64,000 nt of DNA from Acutalibacteraceae bacterium (GTDB lineage: Bacteria > Bacillota > Clostridia > Oscillospirales > Acutalibacteraceae). Positions 9,998 through 22,368 of the stretch are shown here, in pieces. Location of the stretch: positions 762-64,761 of the forward strand of contig JAZQYY010000016.1 in assembly GCA_045633805.1 (NCBI GenBank), in the 5' to 3' direction. The translations under genes were made by a program, and so were the position numbers. The first letter of the stretch is position 1. Every line of letters begins with the position of its first letter. The notes below the pieces were generated by a model, which did no database searches, was not told the origin of the DNA, and saw only the letters and a list, made by a program, of their open reading frames with translations.

Positions 9998-12561
9998 AGA
10001 AAATGGCAACCTCAAAAAATTCAAAAAGCTCTGCACCAAAGAAAAAACCTGCAGACAAACAGCAACCTGCAAAGAATTCACAGCAGAAGCTTTCTGCGGC
10101 GGCAAAAAGTCAGCGCAATTCCATAATCGTTATGGCGGTTGCCGTGATGATGCTTTTTGTTGCTTTTATAGAAGGTCAGAGCGTATGGAAGTTTATGCAC
10201 GAGAGTCTTTATGCTCTTTTCGGATTCCTTACGCTTATTGTTCCTTTCTATATGATTTACGCGGCTTTTGTTTATGCAAATGACAGAACGCTCAGGGGTG
10301 CGGCGGCAAAGCTTATCGGCATCGGCTCAATAATTGTGCTTCTGAGCGGCGTGTTACATATCGGATTTGAGAATGAAGAATATTTTCTTGCCAATTCACT
10401 TGTGAATCAGATTGCAGACGTTTGGGAAAAGGCGCCCACTCTTAAGAGCGGCGGCGTTTTCGGTGCAATTTTCGGCGGTATTATTGCGAAGCTTTTCGGC
10501 AGATTGCCTGCGCTGATAACTCTTTGCATTCTGCTTGTTGTTACGTTTCTGCTTGTTACGGGAATTTCTCTTGAAGCTGTTTTCTCGGCAATCAAGAAGC
10601 CTGTTAAAAAAGTTGGTGAATTCACAAATGAACAGCTTGAACGCAGTGCTCAGCGTCGAGAACAGTTAGCGGCTGAAAGAGCGGAGGAAGAAAAGAAAAA
10701 GAAAGCTTTTGCTCCGCCTGCAAAGCCTACCATAAGCGTTGATGAAGATGATGATGATCTTGATTCAGATGAAACAACTTTTGTTGAAGAAGCACCGCCT
10801 TGTGATTCTGACCCGATAATCGAATTCACTCCCGAGGATTTTGTGCCTGAAATTCCTGTTATCAGACTTCCTGATTCAACCGAAAGCACCGTTGTTGAGG
10901 ATACAATTGAGAATGCGGTTAACGAAAACAAACGCAAATCAAAAGCACCTTCTATGCCCGACGGTGATCCTTTGGATGAGGATAATGATGATGAAATCAA
11001 AGAGTTCCCTGCGATTGAAGACGAAGCTCCCGAATACGTTTTTCCGCCTATGGATTGCCTGCGTCTTGCAGAGCGTGACGGCGCAACCGATAACGTTGCC
11101 GAAATGCAGATAGGCGCGAAAAAGCTTATCTCAACTCTTGAAAGTTTTAAGATTAAAGCGGAAGTCACAAATATATGCAGAGGTCCTTCTGTTACCCGCT
11201 ACGAGCTTGTGCCCGATGCAGGTGTTAGAATTAATAAAATCACAAACCTTTCCGACGATATCGCTTTGCGTCTTGCCGCAACAAGCGTGCGTATCGAAGC
11301 ACCTATTCCCGGCAAATCAGCTATCGGTATTGAAATTCCCAACAGTGCAAAATCAATGGTAACAATGCGTGAAACCATTGATACACCGCAGTTCCGCGAT
11401 TCAAAGAGCAAGCTTAACGTTGCTCTCGGTAAGGATATTACAGGCAATATTATCTGTGCAGACCTTGCAAAAATGCCCCATCTTCTTGTTGCGGGCACAA
11501 CGGGTTCGGGTAAATCCGTTTGCCTTAACGCAATGATTGTCAGCATACTTTATAATGCAAGTCCCGATGAGGTCAAGCTTCTTATGATTGACCCCAAAAT
11601 GGTTGAATTCACAAACTATAACGGCATTGCTCACCTTGAAGTTCCCGTTGTTTCTAACCCCAGAAAAGCCGCAGGTGCTCTCGGTTGGGCGGTAGGCGAA
11701 ATGGAAAAGCGCTATGCTCTGTTTGCTGAAAACGGAATCAGGGATATCAAGGGATTCAATGCTCTTTGCGAGTCACGTCCCGACCTTAAGAAAATTCCGC
11801 AGATCGTTATTTTTATTGACGAGCTTGCTGACCTTATGATGGTATCGCCTAAAGAGGTTGAAGATTCAATCTGCCGCCTTGCCCAGAAAGCAAGAGCTGC
11901 AGGTATTCACCTTGTTATTGCAACTCAGAGACCCTCCGTTGACGTTATCACAGGTCTTATCAAAGCGAATATTCCCAGCAGAATTGCTCTTTCCGTTTCA
12001 TCGCCCACAGATTCAAGAATTATCCTTGATGCAATGGGTGCAGAGAAGCTCCTCGGTAACGGCGATATGCTCTTCTGCCCGATAGGTTCGTCAAAATCTC
12101 TTCGTGTTCAGGGTTGTTATATTTCAGAAGAAGAGGTTGAAAACGTTGTTTCGTTTATCAAATCGCAGGCAACAACAACCTATAATGAAGAAACAATCAA
12201 AGAAATCGAAAACAAGGCTGCTGAAGCTGAAAATGCCAAGAAAAAGGCAGTTGACGATGATGACGAAGGCGATTGGGATCCCGCTCTCAATGATGCAATC
12301 GAAGTTGTTGTTAACGCAGGCGGTGCCTCAACAACAATGCTCCAGAAGAAGCTCAAACTCGGTTATGCAAGAGCTTCAAGAGTTATGGATCAGCTTGAAG
12401 AAAAAGGCATCGTAGGCCCGTCGGAGGGTGCGAAGCCCAGAGCGGTTCTTATTTCAAAACAGCAGTGGTATGAGATGCAGGCACTCGCAGAGGGTGCGGC
12501 ACCGAATATTGACGATGTTTTTGATGATGACGATGATTATGCAGGCACAGACGAATTTTAA
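9994..12561 (+). CDS. ftsK: DNA translocase FtsK/SpoIIIE
   Basis: N-terminal TM helices, [28 protein letters not shown], gamma domain GYARASR. Confidence 0.96.
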   Translation: MKKMATSKNSKSSAPKKKPADKQQPAKNSQQKLSAAAKSQRNSIIVMAVAVMMLFVAFIEGQSVWKFMHESLYALFGFLTLIVPFYMIYAAFVYANDRTLRGAAAKLIGIGSIIVLLSGVLHIGFENEEYFLANSLVNQIADVWEKAPTLKSGGVFGAIFGGIIAKLFGRLPALITLCILLVVTFLLVTGISLEAVFSAIKKPVKKVGEFTNEQLERSAQRREQLAAERAEEEKKKKAFAPPAKPTISVDEDDDDLDSDETTFVEEAPPCDSDPIIEFTPEDFVPEIPVIRLPDSTESTVVEDTIENAVNENKRKSKAPSMPDGDPLDEDNDDEIKEFPAIEDEAPEYVFPPMDCLRLAERDGATDNVAEMQIGAKKLISTLESFKIKAEVTNICRGPSVTRYELVPDAGVRINKITNLSDDIALRLAATSVRIEAPIPGKSAIGIEIPNSAKSMVTMRETIDTPQFRDSKSKLNVALGKDITGNIICADLAKMPHLLVAGTTGSGKSVCLNAMIVSILYNASPDEVKLLMIDPKMVEFTNYNGIAHLEVPVVSNPRKAAGALGWAVGEMEKRYALFAENGIRDIKGFNALCESRPDLKKIPQIVIFIDELADLMMVSPKEVEDSICRLAQKARAAGIHLVIATQRPSVDVITGLIKANIPSRIALSVSSPTDSRIILDAMGAEKLLGNGDMLFCPIGSSKSLRVQGCYISEEEVENVVSFIKSQATTTYNEETIKEIENKAAEAENAKKKAVDDDDEGDWDPALNDAIEVVVNAGGASTTMLQKKLKLGYARASRVMDQLEEKGIVGPSEGAKPRAVLISKQQWYEMQALAEGAAPNIDDVFDDDDDYAGTDEF

Positions 12562-12612
12562 CAACACACAGGCGGTTAATCTAATTGACCGCCTGATTGA
12601 ATTTGAGGTATT

Positions 12613-14508
12613 ATGAACGGATTTTTACCCGTAACAAAAGAAGAAATGACCGCAAGAGGATGGGAGTGCGCTGATTTTGTTTACGTCAGCGGCGATGCTT
12701 ACGTTGACCATCCTTCTTTCGGTGCGTCAATTATCACAAGAGTTCTTGAAAATGCGGGTTTCAGAGTGGCTTTTCTTGCTCAACCCGATTGGCGGACAGA
12801 TGCCGATTTCAAGCGTTTCGGTAAGCCAAGACTCGGATTCCTTGTGAGCAGCGGCAACATTGATTCAATGGTTGCTCATTACACTGCGGCAAAGAAAAAA
12901 CGCAGTGAAGATGCATACAGCCCGGGCGGTAAAGCGGGTTTCAGACCCGACAGGGCAGTTATAGTTTACTGCAATAAAATCAGAGAAATTTACGGTGATA
13001 TTCCCATTATTATCGGTGGTCTTGAAGCGTCTTTGCGCCGCTTTGCCCACTATGATTATTGGGATGATAAAATCCGCCGCTCCATTCTTTTTGATTCGCA
13101 GGCAGACCTGCTTTCATTCGGTATGGGTGAGAGGTCAATGGTTGAAATTGCAAGGCTTCTTGATGACGGTGTACCCGTTTCAGATATCCGTGCCGTCAGA
13201 GGCACCTGCTACAGCGTTGACGTGCGTGAAACTCCTTATATCGGTGCGGAATGTCCGTCTTTTGAGAATGTCTGCAATTCAAAAAAAGAATATGCGGTAT
13301 CCTGCCGTATTCAGCAGGATGAGCAGGATTTCTTCAGAGGTAAGGCAATCAAACAGCGTCACGGCGGCAGAATGCTTGTTCAGAATCCGCCTGCAATTCC
13401 TCTTTCGCAGGAAGAACTTGATGCGGTTTATGCTTTGCCGTTTATGCGCACTTATCACCCGATGTACGAAAAAGACGGCGGTGTACCCGGTATTGAAGAG
13501 GTTCGTTTTTCAATTTCACATAACAGAGGTTGCTTCGGTGCCTGCAATTTCTGCTCGCTCGCATTCCATCAGGGCAGATACATAACAACACGAAGCAAGC
13601 AGTCGATTGTTGATGAAGCGAAACTTTTGACAACCTTGCCCGATTTCAAGGGATACATCCACGATATCGGCGGCCCGACGGCGAATTTCCGTCGCCCAGC
13701 CTGTGATGGCCAGGAAAAGAGGGGACTGTGCAAGGGTAAAAAATGTCTTGCGCCTGCACCTTGTCCGAATCTCAAATCTGACCATACCGAATATCTCGAT
13801 ATCCTGCGTACTGTGCGCACGCTTCCCAAGGTTAAAAAAGTGTTTATCCGCTCGGGTATACGCTATGACTATATGCTTGCGGATAAAGACGATACGTTTT
13901 TCAGAGAGCTTGTTGCAAACCACGTCAGCGGTCAGTTAAAAGTTGCTCCCGAGCATTGCTCTGCGGCTGTGCTTGATAAAATGGGCAAGCCTCATATTGA
14001 AGCGTACGTTGAGTTTTCCAAAAAATATTTCAGTTTCAGTAAAAAGGAAGGCAAGGAGCAATATCTTGTGCCTTATCTTATGTCGTCGCATCCGGGCAGT
14101 ACGCTCAAGGATGCGGTTGAGCTGGCTCTGTTTCTTAAAAAAATCGGCATCAGACCCGAACAGGTGCAGGATTTTTATCCCACACCGGGTACGGTTTCAA
14201 CTTGTATGTTTTACACGGGTCTTGACCCCTACACAATGAAAGAGGTTTACGTTGCCAAAGACCCGCATGAGAAAGCTCTGCAGAGAGCGTTGCTGCAATA
14301 TTTTGATCCGAGAAAAAAAGAACTTGTTATTGAAGCTTTGCGGAAAGCGGGCAGAAGTGACCTGATTGGCAACAGCGAAAAATGCCTTGTCAGAGCGCCT
14401 GTGAATGCAAATCGCTCTGCACAGAATAATAACCGTTCATTTAATAACAATCGAGGTAAGAATTATGCGAAAGAAAACAATAAAAAAGGCGGCAAAGGTC
14501 GCAGGTAA
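12613..14508 (+). CDS. YgiQ-family radical SAM protein
   Basis: [19 protein letters not shown] (CxxxCxxC), [16 protein letters not shown]. Confidence 0.92.
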   Translation: MNGFLPVTKEEMTARGWECADFVYVSGDAYVDHPSFGASIITRVLENAGFRVAFLAQPDWRTDADFKRFGKPRLGFLVSSGNIDSMVAHYTAAKKKRSEDAYSPGGKAGFRPDRAVIVYCNKIREIYGDIPIIIGGLEASLRRFAHYDYWDDKIRRSILFDSQADLLSFGMGERSMVEIARLLDDGVPVSDIRAVRGTCYSVDVRETPYIGAECPSFENVCNSKKEYAVSCRIQQDEQDFFRGKAIKQRHGGRMLVQNPPAIPLSQEELDAVYALPFMRTYHPMYEKDGGVPGIEEVRFSISHNRGCFGACNFCSLAFHQGRYITTRSKQSIVDEAKLLTTLPDFKGYIHDIGGPTANFRRPACDGQEKRGLCKGKKCLAPAPCPNLKSDHTEYLDILRTVRTLPKVKKVFIRSGIRYDYMLADKDDTFFRELVANHVSGQLKVAPEHCSAAVLDKMGKPHIEAYVEFSKKYFSFSKKEGKEQYLVPYLMSSHPGSTLKDAVELALFLKKIGIRPEQVQDFYPTPGTVSTCMFYTGLDPYTMKEVYVAKDPHEKALQRALLQYFDPRKKELVIEALRKAGRSDLIGNSEKCLVRAPVNANRSAQNNNRSFNNNRGKNYAKENNKKGGKGRR

Positions 14509-15418
14509 AATCGGCAAAAATATCAAAACCACAAAGGGAAAAATAATATATGCGGTGGTACTTGTCGTTATTGCGGCGGCGGTGCTTTTTGCAGGTATCC
14601 AAACGGGTATTATTCCCAATCCGTTTGCAAAGCAGGAGTCTCTGGGCGACGGATGCCGCGTGCATTATATAGACGTTGGTCAGGGTGACTGCGAGCTTAT
14701 TGAATGCGGCGGCAAATATATGCTTATCGACGCGGGCGAAAACGGTCACGAAACCGAGGTTCTCAATTACCTCAATTCTCTCGGCATAACCAAGCTTGAC
14801 TACGTTGTTGCTTCGCATCAGCATTCAGACCACATCGGCGGTCTTGCAGAGGTGCTTTCGGAGTTTGAGGTTGCAACCGTTATTATGCCCAAATTGACTA
14901 AAGAACAGACTCCTACCAACAGCACTTATTATGAGTTTATCAATGCAGTCAAAGAGTCTGGGGCAAAAGCGGTTTATGCTAAGGTTGGTGCAAGCTATGA
15001 ACTCGGCGGCGGCACTTTTGAGATTCTCGGACCTGTGACGGATGATGCAGAAGATATCAATAGCATGAGCGTTGTTGCACGTTTTGATTACGGTTCAAAC
15101 TCGTTCCTGTTTACAGGTGATGCCGAAAAGGATGAAGAAGGTGAGATTCTTGAAACAGGTGCAAATCTTGATTGCGACGTGCTCAAGGTCGGTCACCATG
15201 GCTCAACAACGTCATCGGGCAAAAAGTTCCTTAAGGCAGTTTCTCCCTCAATCTGTGTTATACCCTGCGGAGCGGATAACAAATACGGTCATCCGCACGA
15301 TGAGATAGTTGAATTGCTTGGAAAATACACGGATGATACGTATCGCACGGATATCTGCGGCGATATCGTTATCACGTCCGACGGTACAACTCTGACCGTT
15401 GAATATGAAAATCAATGA
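14465..15418 (+). CDS. Membrane-anchored MBL-fold hydrolase (ComEC C-terminal/Rec2-like)
   Basis: [34 protein letters not shown]; N-terminal TM; overlaps the ygiQ end. Confidence 0.88.
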   Translation: MRKKTIKKAAKVAGKIGKNIKTTKGKIIYAVVLVVIAAAVLFAGIQTGIIPNPFAKQESLGDGCRVHYIDVGQGDCELIECGGKYMLIDAGENGHETEVLNYLNSLGITKLDYVVASHQHSDHIGGLAEVLSEFEVATVIMPKLTKEQTPTNSTYYEFINAVKESGAKAVYAKVGASYELGGGTFEILGPVTDDAEDINSMSVVARFDYGSNSFLFTGDAEKDEEGEILETGANLDCDVLKVGHHGSTTSSGKKFLKAVSPSICVIPCGADNKYGHPHDEIVELLGKYTDDTYRTDICGDIVITSDGTTLTVEYENQ

Positions 15419-15429
15419 GGTGAAAAAAG

Positions 15430-15648
15430 ATGTTTCTCAGTATTGACAGAATAGTAGGCGGCTTTGCGGTCTGCATTGATGATTTCGGCAATGTTTTCAG
15501 TATTGAACTCGAAAAAATCAAGGGCGATTTCAAAGAAGGAAGCATCATAATTTCAGACGGAGCCGACGGTTATATTGCAAGCGGTTATGAAACCGATAAA
15601 CGCAGAGAAGATATGTTTATGTTAACTGAATCTCTTTTTGAGGAATAA
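15430..15648 (+). CDS. DUF3006-like small protein
   Basis: SIDRIVGGFAV...KEG pattern; usual partner of the preceding MBL hydrolase. Confidence 0.7.
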   Translation: MFLSIDRIVGGFAVCIDDFGNVFSIELEKIKGDFKEGSIIISDGADGYIASGYETDKRREDMFMLTESLFEE

Positions 15649-15762
15649 TCAAAAAACAGTCATAAAAAATTAACAAAAAAAGCGTCACATTATTCATTTT
15701 GCTCTTGAATAATGCGGCGCTTTATTATATAATATATATTATTATGCATATTATGGAGGAAT

Positions 15763-17193
15763 ATGGCTTTGTCAGTTAATTCCGATAAACTTAAAATCAG
15801 CATTTCTGCCGAAGAAATTGCAAGGCAAAAGGATTTCACAGCCCTTGCGGCAAGCCTTGTTGCCGAGCGCTTTGAATCGGCACCCAAAGCTTTTGTGCAC
15901 ACCTACGGATGTCAGGGCAACGTGGCAGACGGTGAGCGACTTAAGGGTATGCTTGAGCAGATGGGTTATAAGATGACCGAAACGCTTGAAGAAGCAGATC
16001 TTGTGCTTTATAACACCTGCGCAATCCGTGAGCACGCAGAAGACAGAGTTTTCGGCAACGTCGGTGCGCTCAAGAATATCAAAGCGGCAAAAAAAGATAT
16101 GAAAATTCTTCTTTGCGGCTGTATGATGCAGCAGGAGAGAATTGCAAAAAAAATCAGGACAAGCTATCCGTTTGTTGATATTGTTTTCGGCACTCACGTT
16201 ATTCATAAGCTTCCCGAGTTTTTATATAAAAGTCTGAGTGCAGGCAAAAAAATTTATGAACTTCCCGATGAAGACGGCGTTATTGTTGAAGATATGCCGC
16301 TCCACCGTGACAGTGATTTCAAAGCCTGGATTCCCGTTATGTACGGTTGCAATAATTTCTGCACCTATTGCATCGTGCCTTATGTCAGAGGCAGAGAAAG
16401 AAGCCGTGACCCCGAGGTGATTATTGCTGAGGCAAAAGAACTTGTTGCAAACGGCTATAAAGAAATAACCCTGCTTGGTCAGAACGTTAATTCTTACGGC
16501 AAATATCCCGATTACGGCTGCAACTTTTCTCAGCTTCTTCGTGAGCTTAACGCTATTGAGGGCGATTTCATAATCCGCTTTATGACTTCTCATCCCAAGG
16601 ATTGCACACACGAGCTTCTCGAAACAATGGCACAGTGTGAAAAGGTTGCAAAGCATCTGCATCTTCCTTTCCAGAGCGGAAGCAACAGAGTGCTTGATGC
16701 AATGAACAGACGCTACACAAGAGAAAAATATCTCGGTCTTCTTGAATATGCATATTCGCTTATGCCCGAGCTTTCGGTAACAAGCGACGTTATCGTCGGC
16801 TTCCCGGGCGAAACCTATGAAGAATTCTGTGAAACGGTCACTCTCGTTGAGCAGGCAAACTTCACTTCAATGTTCACCTTCATTTTCTCTTCAAGAGAAG
16901 GCACTAAAGCGGCATCGATGCCCGACCCTGTTTCAAGAGAAGAAAAAGGCAAATGGTTCAAAGAGCTCCTTGATGCGCAAGAAAAGGTTGCCGCAAAAAG
17001 AACGGCATCAATGGTTGGCAAAACCTACAGAGTGCTTTGCGAAAGCGTGAGCAAGGGCGGTCTTATAGAAGGCAGAACACAGGGGAATATTATTATCGAA
17101 TTCCCTGTAGACACATCCGTTATCGGCTCGTTCAGAGAGGTCAAAGTCACAGAGTCTTTGACCTGGATTTTAAGAGGCGAGCTTGCGGATTGA
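15763..17193 (+). CDS. miaB: tRNA ms2i6A37 methylthiotransferase
   Basis: TYGCQ, NTCAIRE, GCNNFCTYC, VGFPGET, C-terminal TRAM domain. Confidence 0.95.
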   Translation: MALSVNSDKLKISISAEEIARQKDFTALAASLVAERFESAPKAFVHTYGCQGNVADGERLKGMLEQMGYKMTETLEEADLVLYNTCAIREHAEDRVFGNVGALKNIKAAKKDMKILLCGCMMQQERIAKKIRTSYPFVDIVFGTHVIHKLPEFLYKSLSAGKKIYELPDEDGVIVEDMPLHRDSDFKAWIPVMYGCNNFCTYCIVPYVRGRERSRDPEVIIAEAKELVANGYKEITLLGQNVNSYGKYPDYGCNFSQLLRELNAIEGDFIIRFMTSHPKDCTHELLETMAQCEKVAKHLHLPFQSGSNRVLDAMNRRYTREKYLGLLEYAYSLMPELSVTSDVIVGFPGETYEEFCETVTLVEQANFTSMFTFIFSSREGTKAASMPDPVSREEKGKWFKELLDAQEKVAAKRTASMVGKTYRVLCESVSKGGLIEGRTQGNIIIEFPVDTSVIGSFREVKVTESLTWILRGELAD

Positions 17194-17259
17194 TTCAGTT
17201 TAATAATTTACGTTTTTCGTAATTTATCAAAAATAATTTTCAGTTAGGAGAAACAAACA

Positions 17260-17676
17260 ATGGACGCAGTAATTGCAAAAGCAAGAGAACTCGGCGCACT
17301 CCTCCAGCAGGATGAACGCTATCTCAAATTCGCAGAAGTTCAGAAGGCAAATGAAGAAGATAAGGAACTCAACGAGCTTATCGCAAGAATTCAGCTTGTT
17401 CAGATGTCCTTCCAGCACGAAGCTTCAAAGGAAGATAAGAATGAGCAGAAGCTTCAGGCTTATGATAAGGAATTCGGCGAAATCTACACAAAGATTATGG
17501 CAAACCCCAATATGCAGGCTTTTGAAAAAGCAAGAGGCGAAATCGATGAGCTTATGAACTACATCAACGCTATCTTTGCTCTTTGCCTTCAGGGCGAAGA
17601 CCCCGCTACCTGCGAACCCCAGAAGCAGGAGCATAACTGCGGCGGCGAATGCTCATCCTGCAGCGGTTGCCACTAA
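17260..17676 (+). CDS. YlbF/YmcA (Ric) family regulator with Cys-rich tail
   Basis: Helical protein between miaB and mutS (ymcA position in Bacillus); ends CGGECSSCSGCH. Confidence 0.8.
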   Translation: MDAVIAKARELGALLQQDERYLKFAEVQKANEEDKELNELIARIQLVQMSFQHEASKEDKNEQKLQAYDKEFGEIYTKIMANPNMQAFEKARGEIDELMNYINAIFALCLQGEDPATCEPQKQEHNCGGECSSCSGCH

Positions 17677-17764
17677 TTAATTAAAAATTGCAGAAAGAGG
17701 CGGCTTTCAGTCTGCTTCTTTCTGTAACCCGAGCGGGATTTTTTGAAAGGTACGGTAGACTTAA

Positions 17765-20365
17765 ATGGCAGAGCTTACCCCGATGATGAAGCAATATTTC
17801 GAAATAAAAAAGAATTACCCCGACACAATCCTTATGTTCCGTCTGGGTGATTTCTATGAGATGTTCTTTGACGATGCAAAGCTTGTTTCAGCAGAGCTTG
17901 AGCTTGTGCTCACGGGCAGGGACTGCGGTCAGGAAGAGAGAGCGCCTATGTGCGGCGTGCCCTTCCACAGCGCAGATTCTTATATTGCACGCCTTGTTGC
18001 TAAGGGCTATAAGGTTGCAATCTGCGAACAGCTTGAAGACCCCTCAACCGCAAAGGGTCTTGTTAAGAGGGACGTAACAAGAGTTCTCACCCCCGGCACA
18101 GTCATTGAGAGCACAATGCTTGATGAAAGCAAGAATAACTTTCTTGCCTGCATCTATGCTTCTAAAAATAATATCGGTCTTTGCTTTGCAGATATCTCCA
18201 CGGGCAGCGTTCACGTAACGGATTTCGAAAGCAAGAATGCACAGCGCAGAATTATTAACGAGATGGGCAGATTTATGCCCAGCGAAACCATCATTAATTC
18301 CGATGTGCTCAAGCTTACGCAGGTAACTGATTTTATCAAATCAAGGCTCAATTCTTCCTGCGATTTGCTTGATGATGATTGCTTTGACCTTTCAAAAGCT
18401 TCCGCTATGATTATGAAGCATTTCGGTGTAAATTCGCTTTCAGAGCTTTCTCTCGGTGATGCACCTGCCGCCGTTTCGGCTCTGGGTGCGGCTATGGATT
18501 ATCTCCGCAGTGTTCAGAAAACCGAGCTTGAAAATATCAAGAGCATCGATTTTTACGGCGAAAGCAGTTTTATGCGCCTTGACGTTTCGGCAATGCGCAA
18601 CCTTGAAATCACCGAAACAATGCGCAACAGAGAAAAACGCGGTTCGCTTCTCTGGGTGCTTGATAAAACAAAAACATCAATGGGCAAGCGTATGCTTCGT
18701 TCCTGGCTCGAACAGCCGCTCATCGGCATCGCAGGCATAACAAAACGCCACAACGCTGTTTCAGAGTTGTGCGAAGACCCTGCCTTGAGAGAAGACCTTA
18801 TCGAATCTCTCACAGGTTGTCAGGATTTGGAGCGTCTTATAACCCGAATCGCCTATGCAACCGCAAACGCAAGGGAGCTTAAAGCTCTTTCTGCAACGCT
18901 TTGCCGTATGCCCTCAATCAAAAGCCGACTTGCAGATTGCAAGAGTGCTTTGCTCGGTGAGCTTTGCACAGGCATAATGCCGCTTGAAGAAACGGTTGAA
19001 ATGATTGAGAATGCCATTGTTGACGAGCCTCCGTTTTCGGTGCGTGAAGGCGGTATGGTCAAAGACGGTTTTAACGAAGAACTTGATTCTCTTCGTGATA
19101 TCGTCAATAATGGCAAGGGCTATATTGCGGATATTCAGCTTCGCGAGCAAGAAAAAACAGGTATCAAAAAGCTGAAAATCGGATATAACAGAGTTTTCGG
19201 CTATTATATCGAGGTTTCAAACTCATTCAAAGAGCTTGTGCCCGAAGATTATATCAGAAAACAAACGCTTGCAAACTGCGAGCGATACATAACACAGGAA
19301 CTTAAAGAGCTTGAATCAAAAGTTCTCGGCGCGCAGGAAAGAATCGTTCGCCTTGAATATGAGATTTTTGATTCCGTTCGCAAGAAAACTGCAGAACATC
19401 TTTATGAAATTCAGAAAACCGCTTCTTCCGTTGCGGCAATTGACGTTCTTGTTTCTTTTGCGAGAGTGGCTTCAGAGAATAACTATTGTTGCCCCGTTAT
19501 GAATGCAGGCACGATGATTGATATCACAGACGGCAGACATCCCGTTGTTGAAAAGATGCTCGATTCGCCGTTTGTTCCCAATGATACCCGTCTTGATTGT
19601 GCAGATAACCGTTGCGCAATCATAACAGGTCCCAATATGGCAGGTAAATCAACCTATATGCGCCAGGTGGCTCTTATTTCGCTTATGGCGCAGGCAGGCA
19701 GCTTTGTACCTGCAACGTCTGCCGAGCTTTGCGTTGTTGACGGCATCTTCACCCGTATCGGCGCAAGCGACGACCTTTCATCGGGCTCATCAACCTTTAT
19801 GGTTGAAATGAACGAGGTTGCCGATATTCTTAAAAACGCAACTTCAAAGAGCCTTATCATCTTTGATGAAATCGGCAGAGGAACTTCAACCTTTGACGGT
19901 ATGAGTATTGCGAGAGCTGTTCTTGAGTTTGCAGCTGATAAGCGCAGGCTCGGCGCAAAAACTCTTTTTGCAACTCATTATCACGAACTGACCGAGCTTG
20001 AGCAGAGCGTTGACGGTGTTAAGAATTATAACATCGCCGTTAAAAAGAGGGGAGATGACATCACCTTCCTTCGCCGCATCATTCCGGGCTGTGCAGATGG
20101 CAGCTACGGTATTGAGGTTGCAAAGCTTGCAGGCGTACCCAATAGTGTTGTTGAAAGAGCAAAGGTTGTTCTCAACGAGCTTGAAACAGAGGGCGTTCAG
20201 AGAATCGTTACCGTTTCCGAAAGTGCAGAAGAAAACCAGCTTTCATTCGGCAGCACGGCGGCAAACGATATTGTTGAAAAGCTCCGTAAGCTTGACGTTA
20301 ACACTCTTACCCCAATTGAAGCGATGACAGTTCTTTACGAACTTTCAAAGCAGGCAAACAACTGA
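17765..20365 (+). CDS. mutS: DNA mismatch repair protein MutS
   Basis: TPMMKQY, GDFYEMF, TGPNMAGKST, DEIGRGTST, ATHYHEL. Confidence 0.98.
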   Translation: MAELTPMMKQYFEIKKNYPDTILMFRLGDFYEMFFDDAKLVSAELELVLTGRDCGQEERAPMCGVPFHSADSYIARLVAKGYKVAICEQLEDPSTAKGLVKRDVTRVLTPGTVIESTMLDESKNNFLACIYASKNNIGLCFADISTGSVHVTDFESKNAQRRIINEMGRFMPSETIINSDVLKLTQVTDFIKSRLNSSCDLLDDDCFDLSKASAMIMKHFGVNSLSELSLGDAPAAVSALGAAMDYLRSVQKTELENIKSIDFYGESSFMRLDVSAMRNLEITETMRNREKRGSLLWVLDKTKTSMGKRMLRSWLEQPLIGIAGITKRHNAVSELCEDPALREDLIESLTGCQDLERLITRIAYATANARELKALSATLCRMPSIKSRLADCKSALLGELCTGIMPLEETVEMIENAIVDEPPFSVREGGMVKDGFNEELDSLRDIVNNGKGYIADIQLREQEKTGIKKLKIGYNRVFGYYIEVSNSFKELVPEDYIRKQTLANCERYITQELKELESKVLGAQERIVRLEYEIFDSVRKKTAEHLYEIQKTASSVAAIDVLVSFARVASENNYCCPVMNAGTMIDITDGRHPVVEKMLDSPFVPNDTRLDCADNRCAIITGPNMAGKSTYMRQVALISLMAQAGSFVPATSAELCVVDGIFTRIGASDDLSSGSSTFMVEMNEVADILKNATSKSLIIFDEIGRGTSTFDGMSIARAVLEFAADKRRLGAKTLFATHYHELTELEQSVDGVKNYNIAVKKRGDDITFLRRIIPGCADGSYGIEVAKLAGVPNSVVERAKVVLNELETEGVQRIVTVSESAEENQLSFGSTAANDIVEKLRKLDVNTLTPIEAMTVLYELSKQANN

Positions 20366-20409
20366 TTATTTTTTTACTGTTGACTACTATTTCAAAAAGG
20401 AGGTGCCGT

Positions 20410-22368
20410 ATGCCAAAGATTAACGTTCTCTCAAAACAGCTTGCAGAGCTTATTGCCGCAGGCGAGGTTGTTGAGCGCCCTGCTTCAGTTATCAAAGAGC
20501 TTCTTGAAAACTCGATTGACGCAGGCGCAGATACCGTTACCGTTGAAATCAGAAACGGCGGTATTTCATATATGCGTATAACCGATAACGGTTGCGGCAT
20601 TTCCCGTGACGATATAAGAAACGCTTTCGTCAGCCACGCAACAAGCAAGATTGCTGATGCCGATGACCTTAACAACATTATGACTCTCGGTTTCCGCGGC
20701 GAAGCTCTTGCAAGCATCAGCGCCGTTGCAAGGGTAGAGGTTATGACAGCTACTCCCGAAGAAAGCATCGGCACAAGATACGTTATTGAAAGCGGCGAAG
20801 AAATTCTTTGCGACGATGCGGGTTGTCCCAAAGGCACAACGATTATCGTCAGAGATTTGTTTTATAAAACTCCTGCGAGAATGAAATTCCTCAAGAAAGA
20901 CGTTACTGAAGCCAATGCAATTGCAAGCGTTGTTGACAGAATTGCTCTTTCGCACCCCGAGGTTTCAATCCGCTTTATCCGCGAGGGTAAGCAAGTGCTT
21001 ATCACAAGCGGCAAGGGTGATTTGCGCACCTGTATCCGTGAAGTTTTCGGCAAGGAATTTGCGCAAACGCTTATCCCTGCATCTGCCGAAACAAACGGTG
21101 TTAAAATCAGCGGCTTTGTTTCAAAGCCTGTTGCCGCAAGACCAAACCGCAATATGCAGTTTTTCTTTATCAATAACCGACTTATCAAGACAGGCACAGG
21201 TAGTGCCGCTTTGAGCGAAGCTTATAAGAATTCGATTATGGTCGGCAAATTCCCGTCTTGCGTGCTGAATATTGAGTTGGACCCCTCGTTGGTTGACGTT
21301 AACGTTCACCCTGCTAAAACAGAGGTCAGATTCTCCGATGAAAGAATGATATTCAACGCAGTCTATTATGCTTGCAAGAATGCGCTCGATTCGGGCGATA
21401 CCCCCAAGCAGGTGCGTGAGATAAAAAAAGATTTCTTCAAAGAGCCTGAAAAGGCTGCAGAGCAGTTAACTCTGCCTCGCAAGCCAGAGCCCTCAAAGGA
21501 TTTCTGGCAGCATATCCCCAAATCACAGCCTGCTCAAAAACCGCAGGCAACCCCCGTTTTTGAGGTTAAACCCGCAGAGGTTATATCTGTATCGGTTCAG
21601 AACGTTGCAAAGCTTTCTGCACCCGATAACAAACCTGCGGCAAAACCCGAAACAACAGAAGATATTCTTCTGCATTCACAGCCCCAAAAACAGGAAGCAC
21701 CCGTTGAAATAAAGGTTGTTCCCGTTGAGGTTAAACCTGTTGAAACTAAACCTGTTGAACCCAAAGAAGAACCCCGAAAAGAAGTTGAAACGTTTTGCGA
21801 AGAAGAGTTTCTTCTTATAGGTGAAGCGTTCAAAACATATATTATCTGCGAATACCGCGGCAAAATGGTTATCATCGATAAGCATGCCGCACACGAAAGA
21901 ATCATCTATGAAAAGCTCAGGAAAGAAAGCGGAGAAAGAACTCCCCAGCTTCTTCTTGTGCCTGTAACGGTAACTCTTTCAAAAGAGGAATATGCCGCAA
22001 CAATCGATAACCTTGACCTTATCAACGAATCAGGATTTGAGGTTGAAGATTTCGGCGGCGGTTGTGTAATCGTTCGCGAATGTCCGATGGAGCTTTCTGC
22101 AGATGACGTTGAAGAAGTTATCTGCGAAATCGCAGGCAGATTCGTTGATAAAAAGCAGGATGTGGCTTTTGAAAAGCTTGATTGGATTTTCCATTCCGTT
22201 GCGTGCAGAAGCGCCATCAAGGCGGGCAATTTCACCTCACGCCTTGAAATGGAGCGTTTTGCAAAGCAGCTTCTTTCAATGCCAGATATCCGTTACTGTC
22301 CCCACGGCAGACCCGTTTTGATTGAAATGACAAAAAGAGAGCTGGAAAAGAATTTTGGCAGAATCTAA
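20410..22368 (+). CDS. mutL: DNA mismatch repair endonuclease MutL
   Basis: AAGEVVERP, GFRGEAL, DVNVHPAK, endonuclease motif DKHAAHER, ACR, CPHGRP. Confidence 0.98.
   Translation: MPKINVLSKQLAELIAAGEVVERPASVIKELLENSIDAGADTVTVEIRNGGISYMRITDNGCGISRDDIRNAFVSHATSKIADADDLNNIMTLGFRGEALASISAVARVEVMTATPEESIGTRYVIESGEEILCDDAGCPKGTTIIVRDLFYKTPARMKFLKKDVTEANAIASVVDRIALSHPEVSIRFIREGKQVLITSGKGDLRTCIREVFGKEFAQTLIPASAETNGVKISGFVSKPVAARPNRNMQFFFINNRLIKTGTGSAALSEAYKNSIMVGKFPSCVLNIELDPSLVDVNVHPAKTEVRFSDERMIFNAVYYACKNALDSGDTPKQVREIKKDFFKEPEKAAEQLTLPRKPEPSKDFWQHIPKSQPAQKPQATPVFEVKPAEVISVSVQNVAKLSAPDNKPAAKPETTEDILLHSQPQKQEAPVEIKVVPVEVKPVETKPVEPKEEPRKEVETFCEEEFLLIGEAFKTYIICEYRGKMVIIDKHAAHERIIYEKLRKESGERTPQLLLVPVTVTLSKEEYAATIDNLDLINESGFEVEDFGGGCVIVRECPMELSADDVEEVICEIAGRFVDKKQDVAFEKLDWIFHSVACRSAIKAGNFTSRLEMERFAKQLLSMPDIRYCPHGRPVLIEMTKRELEKNFGRI

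Noticed and set aside
14465-15418. Competence gene comEC
   Set aside because: Only the MBL domain is present; there is no membrane Competence domain.
21430-21790. Pro/Lys/Glu-rich repetitive stretch in mutL
   Set aside because: Ordinary variable linker between the ATPase and endonuclease domains.
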